64,000 bases of DNA from Macrostomum lignano (lineage: Eukaryota): assembly GCA_002269645.1 (NCBI GenBank), contig NIVC01002162.1, positions 133,564 through 197,563 on the forward strand, written 5' to 3'. Shown here one piece after another: positions 63,419 to 64,000 of this stretch (the stretch's first letter is position 1; the number at the start of each line of letters is the position of its first letter). Below the pieces are notes generated by a model. It did not search any database. It was not told the DNA's origin and was given only the letters and a program-made list of their open reading frames with translations. The position numbers were made by a program, and so were the translations under genes.

Positions 63419-64000
63419 AAGTCGTGCTGATTTGAAGCCCCAGAATGAAAGAATCTTTTTCAGATGGAAAAAGAGATCGAGTCATTTATTGCTAAGATCG
63501 GAAATCACTTGACTGCAATGTCTGCGGAGTCTTTAGAGACCTACAAGCAGAAAGCTCTTCAATCAATGCAAGCATTGACATACCTAAAAGCATTGAGCAG
63601 CATCACTCAATGTACTGGACTCGCATCATGTCCAGAAATTTCGAATTCAGTTGGGATGACCCGCGAGCGATGGACTGTCTGCGCGCTATTGTGGACAGTA
63701 TAAAAAGGAGGACCTGTTGAACTACTGGAAGGTAAACGTCTGGCTTTACATATAAATTCAATTCAATTTTGTGACAGCCAACTGTCGCGTAAATCCCTGA
63801 TCAATAAATAAATGAGTGATTTAGTTGCTACTGCACTCCAAGACGTGCAAACCCTTTTATCAGTAAGACGTCAATAATCATCCCCAACCTAACGCCCCTA
63901 AATCTATAGAAATGGTTTTGTTCGGAATCTAAAGACCGCTCCATGCTCTGTCTCCAAAACTATTGCCGAATGGACATCGACAAGTCCGGAACGTCTGTAA

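Larger units (their letters stand above)
58431..64000 (+). pseudogene. M16A insulinase/nardilysin-like paralog 2; HxxEH lost; multiple frameshifts; runs off the window
   Basis: Exon 58431-58451 (MAQSGNA), 58603 onward (LGVGRQQDPPDCRGLAELCAEL; FHERYYSGN), 59538-59810 (VFPLPD), 60156-60460 (FRYLAMIR), 61141-61345 (PFMP), about 61750-62118 (LWFRQDDRF), 62200-63002, 63464-63730 (YWTRIMS). Confidence 0.75.

Overview
Eukaryotic (animal) genomic DNA. Gene style (Ala/Gly-rich inserts, a minisatellite in most introns, splice acceptors just upstream of start codons) suggests a free-living flatworm such as Macrostomum; this is inference only. Host genes reconstructed by hand: SLC36-type amino acid transporter (-), a co-oriented trio OVCA2 > IFT52 > GTF3C5 (-), a divergent class A GPCR (+), and two head-to-head insulinase/nardilysin-like (M16A) paralogs that lack the HxxEH zinc motif and carry many 1-nt frameshifts. 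Mobile DNA: an intron-containing Crypton-type tyrosine recombinase, a 5.9-kb hAT transposon with an uninterrupted 8-exon transposase, hAT MITEs, two tRNA-headed SINE families and a 3' fragment of an RNase H-bearing LINE. Most unusual is a 2.42-kb element inside that LINE with 155-bp near-perfect TIRs, AGTAGT termini and a 6-bp TSD (Polinton/Maverick hallmarks). It has no polymerase, integrase or capsid genes and carries only a tandem PC4-like ssDNA-binding gene and a small Cys-rich ORF. Also notable: GTF3C5 has no in-frame ATG ahead of its conserved N-terminus and OVCA2 has an ATG-less coding-like extension; both begin at phase-0 acceptors, consistent with initiation at the 3'-terminal AUG of a flatworm spliced leader.
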